Source of the DNA: a virus
Length of the DNA: 64,000 nt
Virus record (IMG/VR): IMGVR_UViG_3300038412_000061
Span: 1-64,000 of that record
Strand: one strand, 5' to 3'
The translations under genes and the position numbers were made by a program. The notes under the pieces are model-generated. The model searched no databases, was not told the origin of the DNA, and worked only from the letters and a program-made list of their open reading frames with translations. Positions 15,844 to 22,611 of the stretch are shown one piece after another. Each line of letters opens with the position of its first letter. Position 1 is the stretch's first letter.

Positions 15844-15916
15844 CACGGGCGGAGAGAATCGAACTCCCAGTGGCAGGTTTTGGAGACCTGCTGACATTCC
15901 AATATGCCACACCCAT
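15844..15916 (-). tRNA. tRNA-Trp(CCA)
   Basis: Loop CTCCAAA, G73. Confidence 0.88.
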
Positions 15917-15984
15917 ATAGTCCCGTCTCTCCAGGATGCCACGTTTCTTGGGTCGATCAACTCCCAGGGAAAAACGTCCCCTCG

Positions 15985-16056
15985 TTGACCCCGTGGGAGT
16001 CGAACCCACATGAAACAGATTAAGAGTCTGCCGCATAACCGCTCTGCCAGAGATCA
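15985..16056 (-). tRNA. tRNA-Lys(CTT)
   Basis: Loop CTCTTAA. Confidence 0.9.
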
Positions 16057-16067
16057 ATGTTACTGCG

Positions 16068-16145
16068 TCGTAGATGAGGGAATCGAACCCCCTTGCCGAA
16101 GCCAGTGGTTTACAGCCACCTGCCGCCCATGCGAGCCTATCTACG
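16068..16145 (-). tRNA. tRNA-Tyr(GTA), C1:G72
   Basis: Loop CTGTAAA; variable arm GCTTCGGC. Confidence 0.85.
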
Positions 16146-16156
16146 TTGTTACTACG

Positions 16157-16229
16157 CTCCAGTTAATGGGTTCGAACCATTCTATCACGGTTAACAGCCG
16201 CGCACATTCGCCAAGATTGTTAAACTGGA
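16157..16229 (-). tRNA. tRNA-Asn(GTT)
   Basis: Loop CTGTTAA, G73. Confidence 0.88.
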
Positions 16230-16242
16230 ATGCTTTACTACG

Positions 16243-16314
16243 TTCTCCTAGGGAATTCTGCCATCCCGACCCTGGGCTTAAAAGGCCCCTGCTCTTCTTC
16301 TGAGCTACAGGAGA
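16243..16314 (-). tRNA. tRNA-Lys(TTT) with non-standard T-loop
   Basis: Loop CTTTTAA; T-loop GGCAGAA. Confidence 0.8.
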
Positions 16315-16325
16315 TCGATACTTCT

Positions 16326-16402
16326 TGGTCTAGTAGGAGGGATTTGAACCCCCAGCCTGATGGCCCCAAACCACCCGCTCTACCAAGTTGAGCCACTACT
16401 AG
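16326..16402 (-). tRNA. tRNA-Pro(TGG), CCA encoded
   Basis: Loop TTTGGGG. Confidence 0.92.
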
Positions 16403-16413
16403 ATGATACTGCG

Positions 16414-16516
16414 TACTTCTTACATGGGGGGCGCTCTGCCCACTTAAGCTACCCCAGGACTTATGCCTCCGAAGAGAATGCCCGTGGACGGGATTCGAAC
16501 CCGCACCTCCCCCTCG
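16414..16516 (-). ncRNA. Circularly permuted tRNA-like RNA (YrlA Y-RNA-type module)
   Basis: T-arm GCGGG-TTCGAAT-CCCGT precedes an acceptor-like helix capped by CTC-TTCG-GAG, then D-arm TAGCTTAAGTGGGCAGAGC; ends pair GGGGG/CCCCC. Confidence 0.8.
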
Positions 16517-16590
16517 CGCCAGTAGCGGGTTTCGATCCCAGCTGCCTTTCGATTGACAATCGAATGCTCTCCCGAGTGAGCTATACCGGC
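16517..16590 (-). tRNA. tRNA-Asp(GTC)
   Basis: Loop TTGTCAA, G73. Confidence 0.88.
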
Positions 16591-17087
16591 TTGTGTAATT
16601 CTAGGTAACCTTTTATTTCTTTGGAGTAAGTTTCAAACCACCCCAATCTCGTATTGCAATAAAGACAAAGTAGTCCTCTAACTTCCCCTGTCGCATGATC
16701 GTGATCAACGGCGAAGTGACTGTTCTTTCTTCCTGAACCTCTTTTGCATATAGAACATTTACCACCCTGCAACTCCAAAAGAGCATCATATCTTTCCGTA
16801 GTGATTCCTGAAGTGGCCTTCAGATATGAAGATCTAGTCTGTTTTTTAAGTCTTTCGTTGCTACAAGTATTACAATATTTCTGAGCGGTACCGGTAGCTT
16901 GAAATTCTTTACTGCATTCCGCGCACTTTATCACAGGAAGTTTTCTAGTAACGACGGTCCCCTTGCCGGAGCACACGTTAGAGCAAAACCTTCCAGTCCC
17001 ACTTTTGACTTGATAGGGATGACGGTAAAAAACTACCTCACAACCATCAAGCTCACACACAACATCGATGCCAGATCGTTTTCTCAT
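16581..17087 (-). CDS. Endonuclease VII-family HNH nuclease with N-terminal Cys-rich repeats (probable homing endonuclease)
   Basis: QGGKCSIC...AVDHDHATGEVRGLLCLYCNTRLG; low GC; inserted among tRNAs. Confidence 0.9.
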   Translation of the reverse strand: MRKRSGIDVVCELDGCEVVFYRHPYQVKSGTGRFCSNVCSGKGTVVTRKLPVIKCAECSKEFQATGTAQKYCNTCSNERLKKQTRSSYLKATSGITTERYDALLELQGGKCSICKRGSGRKNSHFAVDHDHATGEVRGLLCLYCNTRLGWFETYSKEIKGYLELHKPV

Positions 17088-17093
17088 ACTTCT

Positions 17094-17122
17094 ATGGTAT
17101 CACAAGAACATTTAGAAGTCAA
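17094..17122 (-). promoter_or_regulatory. SigA-type promoter, leaderless HNH transcript
   Basis: TTGACT-17-TACCAT with TGn, ATG 6 nt downstream. Confidence 0.7.
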
Positions 17123-17141
17123 GACTTTACTTCTTACTACG

Positions 17142-17225
17142 CGGAGCCCGGAGGTACTGCCCCCCTGGGATTGCTCCCCGATTCGCTTTCAAGGCGAGCC
17201 CCCGACTATCCGAGGTTCAGACTCC
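17142..17225 (-). tRNA. tRNA-Ser(TGA) with non-standard T-loop
   Basis: Loop CTTGAAA; long variable arm; T-loop GCAGTAC. Confidence 0.78.
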
Positions 17226-17291
17226 ATTGTTGGAGCGTCGGGCTGATTAGACCCGTTAAAAGCGACTTCTTATAATTCGCTTAACGCTTCG

Positions 17292-17362
17292 TACTGTTAC
17301 GGGGTCTCGATCCCCGTCTGCCGCCCTGAGAAAGCGGAGTGCTACCATCACACCCTAACAGC
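17292..17362 (-). tRNA. tRNA-Glu(CTC)
   Basis: Loop TTCTCAG. Confidence 0.87.
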
Positions 17363-17458
17363 AAGTAAAAGTGGAACGGCTGACTAGGCCTAAGGCTAGA
17401 ACGACCTCTCGGGCAAAATCGTCAATCTCGCCGTAGGAACATCTATCCAACCACTTCG

Positions 17459-17531
17459 CAGTCTGACGGAGACTCGAACTCCGGCTACGAGGGTGAAAAC
17501 CTCGCGTCCTAGGCCACTAGACGACCAGACC
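17459..17531 (-). tRNA. tRNA-Glu(TTC)
   Basis: Loop TTTTCAC. Confidence 0.93.
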
Positions 17532-17546
17532 ATGTTTTACTACTAG

Positions 17547-17618
17547 AGTCTCAGGCGGGGTACGATCCCGCGACCTCCTACTTGGCAAGCAGGCGTTCTT
17601 CCGCTGAACTACTAAGAC
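17547..17618 (-). tRNA. tRNA-Gly(GCC)
   Basis: Loop TTGCCAA, U73. Confidence 0.88.
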
Positions 17619-17630
17619 ATTGTTACTTCG

Positions 17631-17701
17631 ACCGTCATGCCGGATTCGAACCGGCGCCGCCTACTTGGAAGGAAGGAAGTCTACCACTAACCTAACAACG
17701 G
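17631..17701 (-). tRNA. tRNA-Gly(TCC)
   Basis: Loop CTTCCAA, U73. Confidence 0.88.
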
Positions 17702-17713
17702 ATTGTTACTGCG

Positions 17714-17785
17714 TGCCGAAATGAGGGAACGATCCTCATCCTCTTCGTTACCAACGAAGCGTGCTTCCTTTATCACTATTACGGC
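17714..17785 (-). tRNA. tRNA-Thr(GGT)
   Basis: Loop TTGGTAA. Confidence 0.85.
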
Positions 17786-17853
17786 ATGTGAAGTGTTCGG
17801 GTTAAGTCATTCCCGATGAAGATGCGCTGCCTTGGACCGCCCTCACCACCTCG

Positions 17854-17924
17854 TTCCCCCGGACGGATTCGAACCGCCGCATCTGAGTTACGAACTCAGA
17901 GTTCTCCCGCTAAACTACAAGGGA
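17854..17924 (-). tRNA. tRNA-Thr(CGT)
   Basis: Loop TTCGTAA. Confidence 0.88.
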
Positions 17925-17929
17925 ATGCG

Positions 17930-18002
17930 TGCCGCTAACAGGATTCGAACCCATGACCTGACGCTTACAAGGCGCCTGCTCTACCACCTGAGCTACAACG
18001 GC
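17930..18002 (-). tRNA. tRNA-Thr(TGT)
   Basis: Loop CTTGTAA. Confidence 0.93.
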
Positions 18003-18011
18003 ATGTTTACT

Positions 18012-18040
18012 ATTGTACTGCAAATTCTTTAGGATGTCAA
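18012..18040 (-). promoter_or_regulatory. SigA-type promoter of the tRNA array
   Basis: TTGACA-17-TACAAT. Confidence 0.85.
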
Positions 18041-18043
18041 GCA

Positions 18044-18111
18044 GAAAGAAAAAAAGAGCGCAACCCCAATAAACACTTTCCCTCCCGAAAGTACTTACCA
18101 GAGCTGCGCTC
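18044..18111 (-). terminator. Long hairpin terminator
   Basis: GAGCGCAGCTCTGGTAAGTACTTTC / GAAAGTGTTTATTGGGGTTGCGCTC followed by a T run. Confidence 0.8.
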
Positions 18112-18122
18112 CTCGAACCGCT

Positions 18123-18199
18123 TGGTGGCGGAGACTCGGAATCGAACCGAGGACATCTGGTTATGAGCCAGATCGGAGCACCAGCCCCAGCCTCCCGCT
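18123..18199 (-). tRNA. Atypical tRNA with CAT anticodon, CCA encoded
   Basis: Loop CTCATAA, TTCGATT T-loop; bulged and mismatched acceptor stem. Confidence 0.75.
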
Positions 18200-18205
18200 A
18201 GGACC

Positions 18206-18502
18206 TTACTTCAAATCTTTACTGCCTACTGCTGGTACTACAGGTGCCGGGGTCGGATTCGACTTCGGCTGGGGGAGCAAACCGAGCAACCACCCGAGCT
18301 TCGGATACTTCGCTTCAAGTGACAGAATCACTGCAAAGTAGATCGGTGAGCCAATTGCGGTGATCTCACCCCAGGCCGCACCATGAAAGTGACCAATCTT
18401 GACAGCGGCCCACGCCAGTAGTCCTGTGACGATTGTCGAAACCGCGCCTCGAAGGGCGGTTCGGACTACTGTAGTGTTGAGTGAGTTCAGTGGCGATGTC
18501 AT
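18206..18502 (-). CDS. Putative actinophage-type holin / 2-TM membrane protein
   Basis: VVRT...TGLLAWAA...YFAVILSLEAKYPKLGWLLG..QP pattern; leaderless start. Confidence 0.6.
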   Translation of the reverse strand: MTSPLNSLNTTVVRTALRGAVSTIVTGLLAWAAVKIGHFHGAAWGEITAIGSPIYFAVILSLEAKYPKLGWLLGLLPQPKSNPTPAPVVPAVGSKDLK

Positions 18503-18509
18503 GTGGTAG

Positions 18510-18538
18510 AGTGTAGCACACAAATTCTCTAATGTCAA
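18510..18538 (-). promoter_or_regulatory. SigA-type promoter, leaderless
   Basis: TTGACA-17-TACACT with TGn; ATG 7 nt downstream. Confidence 0.85.
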
Positions 18539-18556
18539 GTGTTTAGAACCAAATCC

Positions 18557-18585
18557 TTGATTTACGTTAAAAACTATGGTAGGGT
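18557..18585 (+). promoter_or_regulatory. Divergent SigA-type promoter, leaderless
   Basis: TTGATT-17-TAGGGT with TGn; ATG 6 nt downstream. Confidence 0.6.
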
Positions 18586-18591
18586 TTGAAC

Positions 18592-18984
18592 ATGCAAGAT
18601 TTCCTTAACAAATACAAGAAGGGCAACGTTGCCGTAACCCTTGCGTATTCTCCATCACCAAAGATGACCTTCATCGACATGGAAATACCTCACGTTGTGC
18701 CTCTGTATGCTGACTTCAATGTCAGCAAGACGATGGGCGCAGTGCGACTGGTGTCAAACAAGGATGGCATCTACGCCATGTTCGAACTTACCCCTGCAGT
18801 GCGTATGAGGTTCCGTGACACCATCTCCCGTGGAGAAATCCCCAATGTAGTGCTTGCCCTGAGCGGGGAGGAGCGCATTGTCAAGGATGGCGTAAATTTC
18901 GTTCGCGGGGGAACAATAACTGCAGCCAGCCTGCACGACCGTGGATTCCAAGAGACAGAGGAGGCAACTGATGAGCCCGCTTGA
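18592..18984 (+). CDS. Hypothetical protein
   Basis: ORF track; leaderless ATG18592. Confidence 0.7.
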   Translation: MQDFLNKYKKGNVAVTLAYSPSPKMTFIDMEIPHVVPLYADFNVSKTMGAVRLVSNKDGIYAMFELTPAVRMRFRDTISRGEIPNVVLALSGEERIVKDGVNFVRGGTITAASLHDRGFQETEEATDEPA

Positions 18985-19195
18985 GATTGTAATAGTAGTT
19001 TATGGGGTTGCTGTCCTTGCCCTCGTTTGGAGAAACACCGTATTGTGCAACCGAAAGCGTGCGGAGGTGCTAGTTTTGCGAGGGACAAAGCTGACATTCA
19101 CTTCGTTCATCCCCCTGATACTCAACGAGGCCTTTTTTTGGCCCGTACACATATTTTGGCGCGGGGCAAAGAAGTTCTTGGAGGAGCTCGAATGA
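18971..19195 (+). CDS. Small membrane protein
   Basis: GGAGG RBS; hydrophobic segments. Confidence 0.65.
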   Translation: MSPLEIVIVVYGVAVLALVWRNTVLCNRKRAEVLVLRGTKLTFTSFIPLILNEAFFWPVHIFWRGAKKFLEELE

Positions 19196-19554
19196 TGATG
19201 GATGAAGGTGAGCGTGCCATAGCAGCCATCTTGCAGAAGCGCATTGGTGTCGCTGGAGGTGCTGGGCTTTGGGCACTTCCTGCGCCCGTACCGCCGACCC
19301 CGACCCCCATAAGCTGTGAACGCTGCGGGGTTTTGTGGGACCCAATCGACACCATCTCCACATGGGAGTCCACCCTTGAGCCAGGTTCGCTACAGAGGAA
19401 CAAGCACATCACGCGCGCCCTCATAAAGATGGAAGCAACCTCAGATGGGATGTTCTACACCTGTGGTGTTTGTGGAAACGAGTGGCATGGTCCAGACCCA
19501 TTGACAGTCGCTCTTACCATTGACCCTTCTATAGATGAAAGTTCGAATGTCTAA
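19192..19554 (+). CDS. Hypothetical Zn-ribbon protein
   Basis: GGAGG RBS; CERCG and CGVCG. Confidence 0.7.
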   Translation: MMMDEGERAIAAILQKRIGVAGGAGLWALPAPVPPTPTPISCERCGVLWDPIDTISTWESTLEPGSLQRNKHITRALIKMEATSDGMFYTCGVCGNEWHGPDPLTVALTIDPSIDESSNV

Positions 19555-19897
19555 GTCTCGCGCTAAGGGTACGGCCTTCGAGACCGACCTGGTAAAATGG
19601 TTCCGGGAGAATGGCTGGCCAGACGTAGAGCGCTTGCCGTTCAGTTCACCCCTTGGCGACCTCGATGGCCTACCTATTACCGCAGAAGCGAAGAACCAGG
19701 CAGCCATGAAGCTACCTGAGTGGCTGGCGCAGGCGGAAAAGAGTGCTGCCAAGCGTGGACTCCCATTTTTCGTTTTCCACAAACGAGTCCGTAAGCCAAT
19801 CGGGAAGACCTATGTCACGACAGAACTTGAGCAGCTGGCGCCACTTCTTCTTGAGCTCGTAACCCTACGATCAGCAAGTTCTTGTACAAACACTTGA
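19547..19897 (+). CDS. Holliday junction resolvase (Hjc-like)
   Basis: SRAKGTAFE...GDLDG..AEAKNQ..EWLAQA...VFHKR. Confidence 0.85.
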   Translation: MSKSRAKGTAFETDLVKWFRENGWPDVERLPFSSPLGDLDGLPITAEAKNQAAMKLPEWLAQAEKSAAKRGLPFFVFHKRVRKPIGKTYVTTELEQLAPLLLELVTLRSASSCTNT

Positions 19898-19923
19898 CAT
19901 TGGCTATAACGATATGTTATAGT
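19894..19923 (+). promoter_or_regulatory. SigA-type promoter
   Basis: TTGACA-18-TATAGT with TGn. Confidence 0.7.
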
Positions 19924-19975
19924 TAGGACAAGCTTAAGAATCCTCTCCATTCTTACCAATGTTTGGAGACAATGA

Positions 19976-20572
19976 GTGGCACAAGGCCTTAACCAACGCG
20001 GCGTACAGCGCTTGAAGCGAGTGTCTGACAGTATAGACAACGTGAACAAGTCCATTGCGCTTTTGAGGGTCGATTATCTAGAGGAACTTTTCCGCCGAGA
20101 CCAAATCGGCGTTGACACGTATGCTGCGTCAGGCACGGGGTCCTCCATAGTAGCTTTCAACCGTGGCTCCAATCCAGAGCTTACTCCCACCGAGCGAGCC
20201 GCCGAGAACAGTGGCTTTAAGAAACGGCGCTCCGACCCCGTAAGGGAAGAGACGAAGAAGATCGAACGAGACATCTTCAAGGCAGAAGAGCACCTCAGGA
20301 TGGCTGTAGAGAGCCTAACCGAGCTCAGATCTGGGGTAGAAAGAAAGCGTGGTCGTGAGACGACGACGCCCTGTGAAGCGTGTGGGATTCTGCCCATTGT
20401 AAAAACAGGCTTTTGCAACGAGTGTTATCTCGATTGGTTAGATAACGGAAGCCCAGATCGCCAGCGTTGGGTTGCCTACAAGAACGGGACTCGCAACATC
20501 GAAGGAAGAATTTTGGTATCTGACAAACCTTCCCCTAGATACGCCGCTCAAACACTTGACATTCAGAAATAG
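19976..20572 (+). CDS. Hypothetical protein with CxxC/CxxC Zn finger (possible regulator)
   Basis: CEACG...CNECY.DW...GSPD. Confidence 0.75.
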   Translation: MAQGLNQRGVQRLKRVSDSIDNVNKSIALLRVDYLEELFRRDQIGVDTYAASGTGSSIVAFNRGSNPELTPTERAAENSGFKKRRSDPVREETKKIERDIFKAEEHLRMAVESLTELRSGVERKRGRETTTPCEACGILPIVKTGFCNECYLDWLDNGSPDRQRWVAYKNGTRNIEGRILVSDKPSPRYAAQTLDIQK

Positions 20573-20584
20573 TGTGGTAATCTT

Positions 20585-20785
20585 ATGTTAAAGATTTGCG
20601 ACTTTTGTCTTCAACCGGAACCTTGTGACTGCTCCCCCTCAGTGGAGGAGCTCCTTTATCTCGGTATGGAAGACTGGCAAGTATCTTCTCTCAAGCGACT
20701 CCCGCCCGACATCCAATGGGAAGGGAAGTCCATCTTCTTACGCTCCCTGATGTCCAACGACAGCACAGATCCTTTAGGATTCTAA
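20585..20785 (+). CDS. Hypothetical protein
   Basis: ORF track; TTGACA-16-TAATCT immediately upstream. Confidence 0.55.
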   Translation: MLKICDFCLQPEPCDCSPSVEELLYLGMEDWQVSSLKRLPPDIQWEGKSIFLRSLMSNDSTDPLGF

Positions 20786-21079
20786 ATGACTGACGAAAGA
20801 GACCAGGACTACTACGAAAAAGAGTTTCGAATCATAGCTGAGTCGAACGGCGTGCTCGTTGGACAACAAGAGATTCAATCTCGTTTGTTCCTTGGAGACG
20901 CTGAGTACGAGAAACTCAGAAACTTCAACGACGACAATGCCAATGCGAACCTAAGTCTGACCATTGCGCGCGTACAGCACGTTAATGCAGTGGCCGGTTT
21001 GCTAAACAGCGCAGCGTTTGCTGTTATGACCCTGCCAGTGCTAACGCTTCTTGGCGTGATTCTTTACTGGTTCCACTAA
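20786..21079 (+). CDS. Hypothetical protein with C-terminal TM helix
   Basis: ORF track; coupled to the terminase start. Confidence 0.65.
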   Translation: MTDERDQDYYEKEFRIIAESNGVLVGQQEIQSRLFLGDAEYEKLRNFNDDNANANLSLTIARVQHVNAVAGLLNSAAFAVMTLPVLTLLGVILYWFH

Positions 21080-22611
21080 TGGCTAATTTCGGCAATATAC
21101 TTTCTCAAAATGTCATGCCTGCGAAGGTTGACACATTCAAAATTCTAGGGTACACTCCTACTGAACGACAGGCTGTTTTCCACGAAGCCTCAATGGCCGA
21201 AGCCGAAATCTTCGGGATTCTCTACGGCGGAGCAGCTGGTGGCGGCAAGAGTTGCGCCTTCCTAATGGATGCTATTTACAACGCTGTTAATTATCCTAAA
21301 ATGCGCATCGGTTGCGTTCGTCGTACATACCCGGAACTGGAAGAATCATTCATAGCCCCCTTGCTCGCTAAGTGGGGTGGCGCGAAAGCGTTGGGTGGCC
21401 GATGGAACGGCACCAAAAAGATGCTTTCGTTTCCGAACGGCTCAGTGATCAACTTCGTTTATGCCGAGACCGTCCAAGATGTCACGAACATCCAGGGTGG
21501 TGAGTACCAGGCGTTCTATATTGACGAGGGGGCGTTGATGCCTCCTGCCGTAATCCAGCAGATTCAAGAGCGTTTGCGCTCGGCAGACAAACTCATCCCA
21601 GTTGTTGGAATGAGGATTGCTAGTAACCCTGGTGGGTCTGCCCACAAATATCTTAAAGATCGTTTCATCAACCCTACTAAAAAGGGAAAGTTGAAGACGG
21701 CCAAAGAACCTATCGGCAAAACAGGACGCTTCCGCAAGGTCGCATTCATCGAAGCCAAGGTTGACGACAATCCACACTTGAACGAAGACTACACAGACGT
21801 TCTGGACAGCATCGAAGATCCGCAGCGCCGTAAGGCTATGCGCGACGGTGACTGGGACGCGATGGTCGGCCAGTTCTTTATGCAGTGGTCTAGCAAGAGA
21901 CACTGCGTGCAATCGTTCGACATATCTCCTGAGTGGCAGCGCTACGCCGGTATCGACTACGGGACCCTTGACCCATTCGCTTGTGTTTGGGTAGCCCCCG
22001 ACCCCGATGGCAGGATGTGGGTGTACCGGGAAATCTCAGCTACCGGACTTCAGGCTCGCGACCAGGCAAGATACATTCTTGATGCTGAAAAGAGTGCCAA
22101 GGAAAGCTCAGTCATCCGAGTCGCTGACCCGTCTATGTGGGGCAACAACGGTACCCCTCTCTCAATTGCAGACTCTTATGGGCTTGAGGGATGTGGAATC
22201 TACAAGGCAGACCACGACCGTCAAAGTGGCTGGTCATTGTGCCACCAGTATCTTAACGAGGGACCAGCCTGTCCGCTTCATGCCTCTAAGGGATGGAAGA
22301 CTTGCCCGATGCTTCATGTATTCGAGGACAAGTGCCCAATGTTTGTTGAGCAGATCCCTGCCCTCACCCGCAACCCCCTGAAGCCAGAAGACGCCGCAAC
22401 CCTCAATGTTGAAGACCACATTGCGGACGCTTGGCGATACGTTTGCATGGCTGTCGGAACATTCGCCAGACCCGTTTTTTATGACACCCCCTCTACCGGC
22501 GACACTTCAACTGCAGAAGAGATCGAAGAAGACCAACCTATCAGACCGGCTAAGACCTACGACCAATTATTCGGCGGCAACTGGGACAGCCCCTTCAAAG
22601 AGAGATACTAA
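21079..22611 (+). CDS. terL: Terminase large subunit
   Basis: YGGAAGGGKS Walker A, YIDE Walker B, ASNPGG, GIDYG, DHIADAWRY. Confidence 0.96.
   Translation: MANFGNILSQNVMPAKVDTFKILGYTPTERQAVFHEASMAEAEIFGILYGGAAGGGKSCAFLMDAIYNAVNYPKMRIGCVRRTYPELEESFIAPLLAKWGGAKALGGRWNGTKKMLSFPNGSVINFVYAETVQDVTNIQGGEYQAFYIDEGALMPPAVIQQIQERLRSADKLIPVVGMRIASNPGGSAHKYLKDRFINPTKKGKLKTAKEPIGKTGRFRKVAFIEAKVDDNPHLNEDYTDVLDSIEDPQRRKAMRDGDWDAMVGQFFMQWSSKRHCVQSFDISPEWQRYAGIDYGTLDPFACVWVAPDPDGRMWVYREISATGLQARDQARYILDAEKSAKESSVIRVADPSMWGNNGTPLSIADSYGLEGCGIYKADHDRQSGWSLCHQYLNEGPACPLHASKGWKTCPMLHVFEDKCPMFVEQIPALTRNPLKPEDAATLNVEDHIADAWRYVCMAVGTFARPVFYDTPSTGDTSTAEEIEEDQPIRPAKTYDQLFGGNWDSPFKERY

Noticed and set aside
16414-16516. 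Ordinary or intron-containing tRNA-Tyr/Asp
   Set aside because: The halves are in reverse order and no contiguous anticodon loop exists.
14530-16608. ORF-track entries overlapping tRNA genes
   Set aside because: Shadow frames of tRNAs without RBS or protein-like composition.
19976-21079. Terminase small subunit
   Set aside because: None of the three upstream ORFs shows a recognisable TerS pattern; left as hypothetical.
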